Positions 50,731-61,317 of a stretch of 64,000 nucleotides of DNA are shown in pieces. A program made the position numbers and the translations under genes. This DNA is from an uncultured Verrucomicrobiae bacterium (GTDB lineage: Bacteria; Verrucomicrobiota; Verrucomicrobiia; Limisphaerales; Palsa-1400). Every line of letters begins with the position of its first letter. Position 1 is the first letter of the stretch. Below the pieces are notes generated by a model. That model saw nothing but the letters and a program-made list of their open reading frames with translations, was not told the origin of the DNA and did no database searches. The stretch spans positions 320,001-384,000 of the forward strand of contig CAVPOM010000007.1 of assembly GCA_963707025.1 (NCBI GenBank), read 5' to 3'.

Positions 50731-51553
50731 GTGATGCAGGATCCGAAAGCCACCGCCGCGCTGCTGAAAAAGGAGACGCGGTTGCGCCCCGCCCTGGCCA
50801 TGGTGCTGGGGAGCGGTTTTCAACACGCCCTGGGCGAGTTTGACCCGGCCTTTGAAATGGCCTACGGCCAGTTGCCCGGCTTCTCCACCGTCGGCGTGAC
50901 CGGCCACGCCGGCAAGGTGGTCTTCGGACACTTCGACCACATCCCCGTCGTCGTGCTCAAGGGCCGGGCCCACTATTACGAAGGGCACGACCTGGAGCGG
51001 GTGACCTTCCCGGTGCGGGTGCTGGCGGAACTGGGCGTGCGAACATTATTGTTGACAAATGCGGCCGGGGCGGTCAACCGCCTGTTCCGCTCGGGCGATT
51101 TCATGGTGCTGGAGGACCACATCAATTTGATGGGGGCCAATCCCCTGCGCGGGCCCGGCCTGGCCGGGCTGCCGCGTTTTGTGGATTTGTCGCGGGTCTA
51201 TGATGCCGGGCTGGTGAAGCTGGCCAAAAAAGCGGCCAAGGCGAGCAAGCTGCGCTGGCACGCAGGCGTGTATCTGGCGGTGTCCGGCCCCAATTATGAG
51301 ACGCCGGCGGAGATTCGGGCCTTTCGGCGGCTGGGAGCCGACGCGGTGGGAATGAGCACCGTGCCGGAGGCGATCGTGGCGCGGCAATGCGGGCTGGCGG
51401 TGGCGGCCATTTCGTGCATCACCAACCTGGCGGGCAGCGACCCGGAGTCCGGCCCGGTGGCGCATCAAGACGTGCTGGCGATGGGCGAAAAAAAAGAAGG
51501 ACGCGGTCGCCAAATTCCTCAAAGTTTTCGCCCAACTTTATGCGGGCCGATAG
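50731..51553 (+). CDS. Purine nucleoside phosphorylase (trimeric type), frameshift in the A run at 51488-51495
   Basis: VLGSG, GRAHYYEG, TNAAG, GPNYETPAE, GADAVGMSTVPE; corrected frame ends FAQLYAGR*. Confidence 0.9.
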
Positions 51554-51642
51554 CGGGGGCAATGGCCCTTGGACGATCGGATCACGTTTGGACGGTGTAA
51601 GAATTGATTGACCCGGCACGGCGGGCGTGAGATGTTACAGTA

Positions 51643-52002
51643 ATGAGCGGATGTCTCGCGCAATCAGATTTTCAAGAGTTGGGTGAGTCGTTTCTGCACG
51701 AATTTGATGTTCGTGTCCCCGAACTTTCACCTGGTTTGTGCAACCCGTTTAATCAAGAAGCGCGGCAGTTGGAAGCGCATCTGACCACCCTGTACAAAAT
51801 AGTGGCAAAGCTGGCCCGTTCGGAGGAAGACATGGAACGTGTTGCGGCCTTATGGGGCATGATGGTTCACTTTTGCGATGAGGCGGCGCAGAGAATCTGC
51901 AAGCTTTCCAGCGAGCACCCACACTGTTCAGCCGGCCAATACTTTGACAGAATTTGTGATATGGGGAAAAAATGCCAGCGCCTCGCCATGATGCATTCGT
52001 AG
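51643..52002 (+). CDS. Cys-rich helical hypothetical protein
   Basis: 119-aa ORF in a lower-GC patch. Confidence 0.65.
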   Translation: MSGCLAQSDFQELGESFLHEFDVRVPELSPGLCNPFNQEARQLEAHLTTLYKIVAKLARSEEDMERVAALWGMMVHFCDEAAQRICKLSSEHPHCSAGQYFDRICDMGKKCQRLAMMHS

Positions 52003-52243
52003 ATCATATCTCCAGGGCGAGGTTCGACGCCCTTGTTGGTCTGTACGACAGATTTGCTCATGCTATTGGCCCAACGACCCTGGCGCGGACGATGCGGAGC
52101 GGGCCTTTGAGGCTGAATTAACAAGTTGTTACGATAATCTACCCGAAGGTCCGAAGCCACCTTACAAGAATTTTCAAAGGGCCGTCATTTGGAGGTGCAA
52201 GCAGCAAATCATAAAGTCCCTCAAAAAGCCAGGCTCCATTTGA
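51972..52243 (+). CDS. Small hypothetical protein (about 90 aa) overlapping the previous gene; needs one frameshift near 52070
   Basis: Manual translation MPAPRHDAFVDHISRARFDALVGLYDRFAHAIG / PNDPGADDAERAFEAEL...KKPGSI*. Confidence 0.45.
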
Positions 52244-52285
52244 TGTGTTCCGCGCTGGAAAACAATAGGGAAGCCCACCATGGAC

Positions 52286-53411
52286 CTACTCTTGATTGGC
52301 GGCGGTGGTTGGGCCGGCGTGGACCTGGAGGTTGGCCTCGAAGACCAGTTTGGCCGGGGAAAACACTTTGGCCGAGGCCAGGTCAGGCTGATGGTGGGCG
52401 GAAACGGCCTGGACGATCGGCAGATCCAGCCCCCAGAGGCCGAGCAGACAGGCTCCCACCTCCGCGTGAGAAAAGCCCAGGACTTGGGTCTCCGGCTTGC
52501 CAAAGGGGCTGGGGTTGTCTTTTGGCCAGGGCGAGGATGCCGGCGTAGGTTTCCGGGGAATTGGCGGCCAGCATGACTTTGCCGACGTTGTGCAAAAGCC
52601 CGGCGATGAAGGCGAACTCGATGATGGCCGGTTTGCCGTGGTGCTCCCGGGCCAGCTTTTCGGCGGTGCGGGCCACGGCCAGGGCATGTTGCCACTCGGC
52701 GGCAGGACTGAATCCGCGGCACATTTTCTCGTCGGCAAAGGAAAAGGCCCAGGCGGACATGACCAGGGATTGAAGGCGGGCGGCGCCCACCAGGGCGATG
52801 GCGTCGGGAATGGAGTGGATGGGGTGGGCCAATCCCAGGGCGGCCGAGTTGACGATTTTAAGCAGGTGCGCCGTCAGGCCCACGTCCTGGGCGACCAGGC
52901 GCGCCACCCGATCCAGTTCAAATTGCGGGTCGTGCAGGGCTTCCACCACGAGGCGATGGGACTCAGGCAGGCTGGGAATGTTGCGCAGACGGAGCAGGAT
53001 CGTGCGAAATGCCGGCCGGGCCAGCCACTGGTTGACCAGCACGGCCCGTTCGATGCGGTCGGCCCAGGTTTCGGAGGATTCTTCCTCTCTTAAGATGGTG
53101 GGGGGAAATCCCTCGAAGGTTCGATACGGCCCGTCATTCAGCCGGGAGCAAACCACGAAGCGCGAACAGGCGGGACATTGCTCCTCCAGAAGGTGCAGGG
53201 TGATTTTGACGACGGAGACTTTTTCGGAGTAGAAAATGATGCCGTCCATGCGCTCGGCCTTGATCAGGTCGGCCAGTTCCTGGCCCTGACAAGAAGTCGC
53301 CAGCAGCGACCGGCGGAATTGGGAGAGACGGGTTTCGATGTGATGGCGCCGCTCCGGGGTTTCCACCCAGAGACACAAGCGTTTTGCACCGGTGGCTTCT
53401 TTGGCCGTCAT
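52286..53411 (-). CDS. HDOD-domain protein with degenerate receiver-like N-terminus, frameshift near 52497
   Basis: [45 protein letters not shown]...HH in the second frame. Confidence 0.82.
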
Positions 53412-53553
53412 GTCTTGACAGGGCGTGAAAAAGCCGTCGCGCGATTTTCCGCCTTCTGCTTGAGGCAATACCTTGGCACGACCGGCTTGGCGGAGCAAGG
53501 GAAAATGGCATTTTCCTTCCCTTTGCCCAAGCGGGGGGTAAGTTTTCCGTGGC

Positions 53554-54753
53554 ATGAAACTTGAATTTGACCCGATTGAATCGGTGGTGGCCGAGTTGCG
53601 CCGGGGACGGATGGTGGTGGTGGTGGACGATGCCGATCGGGAGAACGAAGGGGACCTGATCATGGCGGCCGAATGCGTCACCCCGGCGGCGGTCAATTTC
53701 ATGGCCAAGCACGGGCGCGGTCTCATCTGTGTGCCCACCACTTACGAACGGCTCAAGCAGTTGGGCATCGAACAAATGGTCACGCAGAGCGCGGACAATT
53801 TCCGCACCGATTTCCAGGTCAGCGTGGACGCGGCCCAGGGCATCGCCACGGGCATCAGCGCGGCGGACCGGGCCAGGACCATCAAGGTCATGGCCAACCC
53901 GACGGCCGTGCCGGACGATTTGGCCCAGCCCGGCCATGTCTTTCCGCTGCGGGCCAAGCCGGGCGGGGTGCTGCAACGGGCCGGCCACACCGAAGCGACA
54001 GTGGATCTGGTCAAGCTGGCGGGAGCGCGGCCCATGGGGGTGTGTTGCGAGATCATGAGCGATGACGGCTCCATGGCCCGATTGCCCGAATTGAAACGAT
54101 TTGCCCGCGCCCACAAACTCAAGATTTGCACGGTCGAAGACCTCATCCATTACCGCCGGGCGCGGGAGAAACTGGTGCAGCACCTGGAAGTGGTGAAGAT
54201 GCCGACCGCCTACGGAGACTTTGAATTGCATCTTTATGTTTCCCAGACCGACGGCCAGCATCACCTGGCGCTGGTCTGCGGCCAGGTGGCGGGGAAGAAA
54301 AATGTCCTGGTGCGGGTGCATAGCGAATGTCTGACCGGGGATGTCTTCGGCTCGCGGCGCTGTGATTGCGGGCCGCAACTCCACCAGGCCATGCGGCAGA
54401 TCGCGGAGGCGGGGCGCGGGGTCATTGTCTATATGCGGCAAGAGGGCCGGGGCATTGGCCTGCCCTCCAAGATCAAGGCTTACAAGTTGCAGGAGCGCGG
54501 CTACGACACGGTGGAGGCCAATCTCAAACTGGGCTACGGCAAGGACTTGCGCGAGTATGGATTGGGGGCGCAAATCCTGGTGGATCTGGGGTTGAAAACC
54601 ATCTGCCTGCTGACCAACAATCCCAAAAAAGTCGTCGGCCTGGAAGGTTACGGCCTGGAAATCGTCAAGCAGCTTCCCATCAAGGCCGGCGCCAACCGCC
54701 ATAACCGAAAATATCTCCGCACCAAGCGGGACAAGCTGGGGCATCTCCTGTGA
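53554..54753 (+). CDS. ribBA: Bifunctional DHBP synthase / GTP cyclohydrolase II
   Basis: [48 protein letters not shown]. Confidence 0.97.
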   Translation: MKLEFDPIESVVAELRRGRMVVVVDDADRENEGDLIMAAECVTPAAVNFMAKHGRGLICVPTTYERLKQLGIEQMVTQSADNFRTDFQVSVDAAQGIATGISAADRARTIKVMANPTAVPDDLAQPGHVFPLRAKPGGVLQRAGHTEATVDLVKLAGARPMGVCCEIMSDDGSMARLPELKRFARAHKLKICTVEDLIHYRRAREKLVQHLEVVKMPTAYGDFELHLYVSQTDGQHHLALVCGQVAGKKNVLVRVHSECLTGDVFGSRRCDCGPQLHQAMRQIAEAGRGVIVYMRQEGRGIGLPSKIKAYKLQERGYDTVEANLKLGYGKDLREYGLGAQILVDLGLKTICLLTNNPKKVVGLEGYGLEIVKQLPIKAGANRHNRKYLRTKRDKLGHLL

Positions 54754-54763
54754 GTTTTTATTC

Positions 54764-55231
54764 ATGTTGACACCGGTCAAAAGCAGAAAATGGAGCGCGC
54801 AGGGCAGCGCCTTTGCCATTGTCGCCTCGCGTTACAACTCCCGTTACGTGGACGCGATGCTCATCGCCGCGGTGCGCGAGTTGAAACGGGCCGGCGCGGA
54901 ACGCATCCAGGTGGTGCGGGTGCCGGGGGCGTATGAAATTCCGGTGGCGGCGGCGGGACTTTTGCAGGGGCGGCGGGCGTGGGCGGGGATCATCTGCCTG
55001 GGCGTGATCATTCGCGGCGAGACGGTCCATGCGCGGCAGATAGGCGATGCGGTGAGCGCGTCGCTGGCGCGCCTGCAAATCGAGCACGTCGTGCCGGTGA
55101 TTCACGAGGTGCTGCTGCTGGAAAACGAGGCGCAGGCCCGGGCGCGTTGTCTGGGCAAAACCCACAATCGCGGCGCCGAGGCCGCCCAGACCGCCCTGGC
55201 CATGGCCCGCGTGATGGCGACGCTGGAATAG
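54764..55231 (+). CDS. ribH: 6,7-dimethyl-8-ribityllumazine synthase
   Basis: AIVASRYN, VPGAYEIP, LGVIIRGET.H; follows ribBA. Confidence 0.93.
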   Translation: MLTPVKSRKWSAQGSAFAIVASRYNSRYVDAMLIAAVRELKRAGAERIQVVRVPGAYEIPVAAAGLLQGRRAWAGIICLGVIIRGETVHARQIGDAVSASLARLQIEHVVPVIHEVLLLENEAQARARCLGKTHNRGAEAAQTALAMARVMATLE

Positions 55232-55319
55232 TCTTGTCTTAAAGAAGTTCAATTGCTCAGAGAATCATGAGGATTGCCAGGAAGCCGGAGGAAATCAGAA
55301 TTGTTGAAGGAGTCGGCGA

Positions 55320-55739
55320 ATGAAAGTTGTGTTCGACACTAATGTGTTGGTCGCGGCGGCACGATCCCGGCACGGAGCCTCGCATGCGTTGCTCTCGCGC
55401 TTGCCCGACCCTTGCTTTTAGCCGGTGATCTCCAACTCCCTTTTCTTCGAATATCGTGCCGTCCTCCTCCGTGAGGAGAATCTGCTCCAGCGTCCAGCCT
55501 CTCAGGCTGAGGGTTTTCTCGATTACCTTCTCGCGGCTGGCGATCTACAGGAGGTCTTCTTCCTCTGGCGACCCTTCTTGCCGGACCCGGATGACGATCT
55601 TATTCTTGAACTGGCAGTTGCGGCCGGTTGCAGCTATATTGTGACGCACAATCTCCGGGATTTCCGGGGAATGGAAAGATTTGGAATCGAAGCGGTTACC
55701 CCGTCCGATTTCCTGAAACTGATTGGGGAAAAAACATGA
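55320..55739 (+). pseudogene. PIN-domain toxin with an in-frame TAG at 55419-55421
   Basis: MKVVFDTNVLVAA...F*PVIS...EY...DPDDDLILELAV....IVT.N.RDF in one frame. Confidence 0.8.
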
Positions 55740-55972
55740 GCACATTGACCATCCAAATGCCCGAAAGTCTGGCCCGGCAACTCCGGGAATGCGCGGCCAA
55801 AGAGGGCCTGACCTTGGACCAATTGCTGTCCTCCGCCGCCGCGGAGAAATTAAGCGCCCTGATGACGCTGGAACACCTTCGCCAGCGCGCCCTTCGGCCC
55901 AAGCGGGAGGATTTCGCCGCCTTTCTGGACGGCTCGCCGGATGTCCCGCCCCTGCCCGGAGACGAAATATGA
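55736..55972 (+). CDS. Putative RHH-type antitoxin
   Basis: MSTLTIQMPESL...A.KEG....Q....A.AEKLSAL; ATGA overlap with the PIN gene. Confidence 0.78.
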   Translation: MSTLTIQMPESLARQLRECAAKEGLTLDQLLSSAAAEKLSALMTLEHLRQRALRPKREDFAAFLDGSPDVPPLPGDEI

Positions 55973-56077
55973 TTGTCGTTGGGCGAACGCGCCGCCGGGC
56001 AGGCGGAAATTGCTGCGCAAGCCCCAACTGTGGTCGCAACATTTGGCGGCCAAACTGTTCTGCAACCTCGTAAAAGG

Positions 56078-56237
56078 AAAAGAAAAAGGGGTCAAAAGAA
56101 AAAGGGGTCAGTTAATGGTATTGTCATATCGCACGGCATGTCGCACGGTCGAAACATCAGCCGGCGAGACAACGCGGCTACTCTCGCCAACTGCTCAGGA
56201 GTCAAGAATTATATTACAATACCATTAACTGACCCCT
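56078..56237. repeat. 22-bp perfect inverted repeat plus a 16-bp tandem duplication at its left end
   Basis: aggggtcagttaatggtattgt (56103-56124) / acaataccattaactgacccct (56216-56237); aaaagaaaaaggggtc twice. Confidence 0.85.
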
Positions 56238-56264
56238 GCTTTCAGTCCATGTAAAGCGCAACAC

Positions 56265-56582
56265 TCACTCAACCTGGAGCCGCGCCTGCAACGCCGCCCG
56301 GGTCAATTGTCCGGCGGTTTCACTCCGCCGCCGGCGGTAATTCTCCAACTGACCCTCCATTTGGCCGTCCAACTCGGTCTTGTGGTCGTGGTAATAGGAC
56401 AAGGCCGCGTGGAGCTGGGCCAGCGAGAGATGAGGATGGGCCGCGTGCATTTCCTCCGCGTCCCAGTCGTATGCGGCGTGGTCCATGGCGACTTCAATCA
56501 CCTTCACATTGCTGTCCGCGATCCAGGCCACTCCGCGCTCGTCCAGCCGGATATGGGTAATGGGTTCAACGACTAACATCAT
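56265..56582 (-). CDS. DUF433-domain protein (antitoxin-like)
   Basis: I...G...I....V.V..V......EE....HPHLSLAQ.HAAL.YY. Confidence 0.82.
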   Translation of the reverse strand: MMLVVEPITHIRLDERGVAWIADSNVKVIEVAMDHAAYDWDAEEMHAAHPHLSLAQLHAALSYYHDHKTELDGQMEGQLENYRRRRSETAGQLTRAALQARLQVE

Positions 56583-56722
56583 CCCATTGTAGCCGCTTTC
56601 CCATGGCTGGCAAGCGATTGTGCGGCAGTTGAAACAGCCGGGCGCATCCATCTTTGCCTCCCAAAACAACCGCGGAGAACACAGCGCGGCCGGCCGCCCC
56701 GCCAAAATCCCGGAACTTTCCG

Positions 56723-56751
56723 TTGACAGGTTCTGACTTAACCACTACTAT
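56723..56751 (+). promoter_or_regulatory. Sigma-70-type promoter reading toward the group II intron
   Basis: TTGACA-N17-TACTAT. Confidence 0.6.
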
Positions 56752-56816
56752 TCGCTCAGTGATGACGGATCGCGCAAAGGGCGGGCGATGCGGCACGGCA
56801 GTTGGCCGCGCCCCCA

Positions 56817-56843
56817 CCATCACTCCATCACTCCATCACTCCA
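56817..56843. repeat. CCATCACT octamer tandem repeat
   Basis: Three exact units, same unit as at 14385. Confidence 0.75.
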
Positions 56844-57016
56844 GAATCCTTCAATACTCTACCAACTTACTGTACTTTATGATTCCCTGCGCATTCCCTG
56901 TCCTCCGCAGCTTTCAGCGAAGGAGAATGAGCCTTTCTGTGGAGAACCGTTCCAAGATACTGTCCATGAACAATTTACATATAATACGGAGCTTCCAAGG
57001 TCAAACCAGGTCAAAC

Positions 57017-58974
57017 GTTGCGCCAGTGAAGTTGGTTGGAACGCGGGTGAAAGTCCCGCCCGTCGAATTAGGCTGTTCACGACGGAACACGACCTCAACA
57101 GCGCCGCCGCGAGGCGGGGTTGGAAGCTGAGGGAGATGAACAGACGGGCCGTAATGAAAATGAACCACATCCAATGAGCCTCGATAAGTTTAGAACCGGA
57201 GACAAGCCGAGCCGCTGTTTGACCGGCGAAGGCCGCAGGGAGGAGGCAGGGCAACAGTCAGAGCCTTCTCAACGCTCCGGCGGGGTCGGCGTGGACGGCA
57301 CGTCTGGAAGTTCAACCAAGGTAAGCTGGGAGAACTCCGGCGGCGGGCGGCCAGCCCAACCGCCCGCGCAAGCTGGCAAGACCAGTCAGGCGAGCGGCCC
57401 TGCCGGAGAAGTCGGAGTTCCTCATAGTAGCGTGGACTTGTTTGCGCTCCAGGCGGATTTCCGCCGGGAGTTGCGCGAGCGAACGCAAAGGGGGAACACT
57501 TGCTCAATGCGTGGAGGCGAAGCGAAGGATGCGGGGATGGCCGGGGCGACCCGGATAGCAACCCCGGAGAAAGTTCGGCAGCTTCAAATCGCGCTCTATC
57601 GGAAAGCCAAAGCAGAGCCGAAGTATCGGTTCTGGAGCCTGTATGGGGAATTGCTGCGCAAGGACGTGCTCGAAACCGCCTTGGCAGCGCAACAGCGCAA
57701 CGGCGGGGCCGCGGGAGTGGACGGACAGAGTATGGAGTCCATCACCGCCGACCCGGCCCTGCGCCAGCAATGGCTCGACCGCCTGCAAGCAGAACTCAAA
57801 GCCAAGACGTATCGGGCCAGCCCGGTGCGGCGGGTGATGATTCCCAAGAGCAGCGGAGGGGAACGGCCGTTGGGCATCCCGACGGTCAAGGACCGGGTGG
57901 TGCAAACGGCGGTGTATCTGGTGCTGATGCCGATCTTGGAGGCGGACTTTCATCCGCGCTCCTACGGCTTTCGGCCCAAACGCCGGGCACACCAAGCCAT
58001 TGCGGAAATCCAACAAGCAGTGCAGCAAGGCTACGTGGAAATCATCAACGCGGACCTGACGAAATATTTCGACACGATTCCGCACCGGGAACTGATGAAG
58101 GCCGTGGCCCGGCGGGTCAGCGACGGCAGCGTGCTGCGGCTCCTCAAGAGCTGGCTGCGCGCCCCGGTCGCGGAGGAAGACCAGGACGGCACCAAGCGAG
58201 TGATCCCCAACCGGCGCGGCACGCCGCAAGGCGGGGTCATCTCGCCGCTGCTGGCCAACCTCTACCTCAACCCGCTGGATCACGGGGTGAACGAGAAAAC
58301 CTCCGGCCAAGCCCGCATGGTGCGCTACGCCGATGACTTTGTCATCGCGTGCGCGGCGGGGTGCGGCGGAGGGCTGATAGCGCGGCTCAAGAAATGGCTT
58401 CGAGCCAAAGGGCTGACCCTCAACGAAGTCAAAACCCGAATTGTGAACATTCGCAAGGAAGGGATCAACTTCCTGGGCTTCAACCTGACCTGGCGCAAGT
58501 CCTTTGGAGGGCGCGGCTACCTGCACGTTCAACCCAGCCAGAAAAGCCGGGGGCCCTGCGCGAGAAACTGGGCGGCATCCTCAACCACTGGACGCAGGGG
58601 CGTCCGATACAGGAGGTGGTCAAAGAGGTCAACCAAGTCTTGCGCGGATGGGCGGGCTACTTCCACTACGGCAACAGCGTCTCGGTGATGAACCGGATGA
58701 AACACTACAGCCAAAACCGCTTTCGGCGCTGGCTGTGGCGCAAACACGGTTGCCGCCGCAGCCTGTGGGAACACTACGTTCCCGAGCAGTTGCACCAGCG
58801 TTATGGACTCTATGAACTGCCGACCACGGCGAAGTGGAAGGCGGCCCGATGAATGAGTTCGGAGAGCCGAATATGGGAAATCCGTCCGTTCGGTTCGATG
58901 AGGGGCGAAGTGGCAGCGCGAGACTGACAACTGCGGTCAGTTCAATCCGCCTCCTTCCACTTCGCCTACTCTAC
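57017..58974 (+). mobile_element. Group II intron (ribozyme plus RT/maturase ORF)
   Basis: Domain V gagccgaatatgggaaatccgtccgttcggttc near 58864-58896; domain VI and 3' end ctactctac; EBS1 loop gtttgac (57217-57223) complementary to the 5' exon gtcaaac. Confidence 0.9.
57537..58852 (+). CDS. ltrA: Group II intron reverse transcriptase/maturase without endonuclease domain, frameshift in the G run near 58548
   Basis: RPLGIPTVKDR, SYGFRP, GTPQGGVISPLLAN, RYADD, FLGF; domain X VN..LRGWAGYF in the next frame. Confidence 0.92.
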
Positions 58975-59285
58975 CAGGTCAAACCATATTCATGAACCTT
59001 GACCATCCCCAACACCCCAAGACGGAAAAGCTCAGTTACTCTATCATTTTACTATAGATTAAGTGTCTCGTGCGGCAAACCAGCTCCCAATTCCCGGTTA
59101 ATCTCATTTCTGACATGACCCAAAATCCGGCCCTCTTTCTGGCGCTGCCGGACGGGAAAGGCAGGGTCCCGGCCCGCCGGGACTGCCCGCCGCCGGACAT
59201 TGGCAGAAGAAGCAACGTCGTGCTGCGGTCGCGCAATTTTCGGGGATGGTTGTTTCCCGCGCCTTGTTTACGGCTAACGATTGGT

Positions 59286-60451
59286 TTAGGCAGGCGGCGG
59301 CAGGACTGGGCTTTGCGGCGGCAGCCCATAGGCGGCGCGGGTTGGGGCAAACGCCTTGATGAATTCCGGATCGCTCAAGCTGTAGGAACGCGGATCATCG
59401 AACAAGGCCTGCACCGCGTCGGAGTGCCTGAGGTTGCCGCTGTCGCTGGCCCAAGTCATCCACCAGCACCATTTGGGCTGCTGGGCCAGGACAGCCAGCG
59501 TCGGGGGCGGCCCCACTTCGGCCAGGGTGATGGGCTTGCCGTTGGCCAGCTTGAGCAAGTCCTCGTAGAAAGACTGTTTGAAGTCGCTGCCATAGACATC
59601 CAAGGCGGCAATATCAACGTACTGAGAGCCGGGAAAACATTCGGCGAACTGCAAGGAGGGCGGGTTGGCCCTGTCAACACTCCAAATCCAGATGAGATTG
59701 TTGAGTTTGTGGTGATTGACCAGCCGGTCGTAGATTTGGATGTACAGGTCTTTGGTTCCCTTGATGCCCTTTGCCGGGTCGGCCCGGCGTCCGCCCCGCC
59801 AAAACCATTGGCCGTTCATTTCATGGTAGGGCCGCCACAACACCGGGATGTGCGCGTCCTGAAGCTGTTTGAGGAAACCGGCGATGACGTCCACCTGGGC
59901 GCACCAATGCTGGAACAGATCGGTCCCGGGCGTCGTCACATCCTGCCACTGCGCATCGGTCAGCCGGCCCTGCACACTGGCGAGCAGCGGGGCCGGCCCG
60001 CCTCCGCGTTGGTGGCGGCGGCGGCGCGTCCGCGTCTGGGCGGTTGGAAGGTCACCGGTTCATCGGCGGTTGGAGGCACGGCGTGCCAGCACAGGGCGAT
60101 GATCGAGCCATTGGCAAACTGCCGTTTGACCTCGGCGATCATGTCGGGCCGGGAGGTGTAGGCGTCTTTTCGGCCGGGAGAGTCGAATCCGAAATCCTGG
60201 CCAAAGATGACCGGGACTTTATGGTAGGCGCGGGCGGCGCCTTGGGTGGAGGCGTCCTTGGTGGCCGGGAAGTTGTGCTGGCCGGTCAGGATGTGGTTGC
60301 CGGATATGCTGTAGATAAAGTTGAGGAGGGCCCGGGCTTCCGGGGTGGCGTTTGGATTGACGGGCGGCAGGGGAGCATCGGACCCGCGGGCCAGGGTTGC
60401 GGCGCAGAGCGCGGCCGCCAAAAGCCAGGATGGGGTGCCATTAAGTTTCAC
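59286..60451 (-). CDS. Glycoside hydrolase family 26 (beta-mannanase-like), frameshift near 59980
   Basis: PVNPNATPEA..L, ILTGQH, WH; WRPYHEMNG.WFW, PG..YVD...DVY, LAEVG. Confidence 0.88.
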
Positions 60452-60777
60452 AGCCTGAATTTCCTTTTTGCGGTGAAGGCGGAAGGATGCGGCGTTTTGT
60501 TGTCTGCCAGGCCTGGCCGCTCCCGGCAACAGACATCGGACAACTTGTCGCTTATAGGAAAACCAGCCCCAGATCTATGTGGGGATTCGAGGCATTTGGC
60601 GCAGGGGTCAGGCACGGCAGCAGCCTGTTGCGCCACGATAAGAATGTCAATTGACAAACAGGAAACGACCCGTGACGCCGGGATCATCGGTCCATTGGCC
60701 ATCCACGACGAAGCGGAATTCGCACCTGCCAGGCCTGAGCGCCAAGTCCAGCAGCCAGCGCCCCCTTGCGCAAGGCT

Positions 60778-61200
60778 TCAATGGCGTGGGGGCGGGCGGC
60801 CAGTTATGGAAGGCTCAGAGGGCAGGGACAGGGACTTGTGTTTTGGCCGGGTTCTCGCCGCGGTGGCGGTTGCTTCGGCGTAAACTTCCCGGAGTTCGTT
60901 GCGCCCATCGCTGGGCAGATAGAGGTAACGGCCGCAATTGTCGCACATTTGAATGTCGTCGGCATGCATCAGCCTGATGACGGCGCCAATGGGAATACGC
61001 ATGTGGCAGCCCATGCAGACCTGATGACGCACGGCGGCCATTCCTGTTTTGCCCCGGGCGGTCAGGCGATCGTAGTGCTCGAGGATGGGCAGGGGGATTT
61101 TTCGGCGCAGTTGGGAAATGGCCGCTTCCACGCTGCCGTTGCTGAGTTCGCCGAACTCCAGCTCCTGGAGCCGGAGCAGATTCTGAAAAAGTTCTTTCAT
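60778..61200 (-). CDS. C4-type zinc-ribbon domain protein (DUF164-like)
   Basis: Y.RL......A.V....CMGCHM.I...CDNCGRYLY. Confidence 0.85.
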   Translation of the reverse strand: MKELFQNLLRLQELEFGELSNGSVEAAISQLRRKIPLPILEHYDRLTARGKTGMAAVRHQVCMGCHMRIPIGAVIRLMHADDIQMCDNCGRYLYLPSDGRNELREVYAEATATAARTRPKHKSLSLPSEPSITGRPPPRH

Positions 61201-61317
61201 GGGACTGATTTGATTTGCGGGAGGCAATGTTTTACTGGAAAAGGAACCGACGCCGGTTCCTCCAAACTTTCGGCGCCGATTCCCAGATTCATTGGAGGTG
61301 AGTCGAGGCGGATCGGC

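Noticed and set aside
52013..52035. GGTTCGA loop resembling a tRNA T-arm
   Set aside because: No acceptor, D or anticodon arm can be built, and the region reads as a plausible ORF
53411..53553. FMN riboswitch upstream of ribBA
   Set aside because: Short intergenic region with no recognisable RFN conserved motifs
57120..57536. N-terminal extension of the RT ORF
   Set aside because: Lies within the structured intron RNA; the ATG at 57537 precedes the typical maturase N-terminus
57537..58852. RT as a retron, DGR or defence RT
   Set aside because: Domain V/VI RNA, EBS1-IBS1 pairing and maturase domain X identify a group II intron
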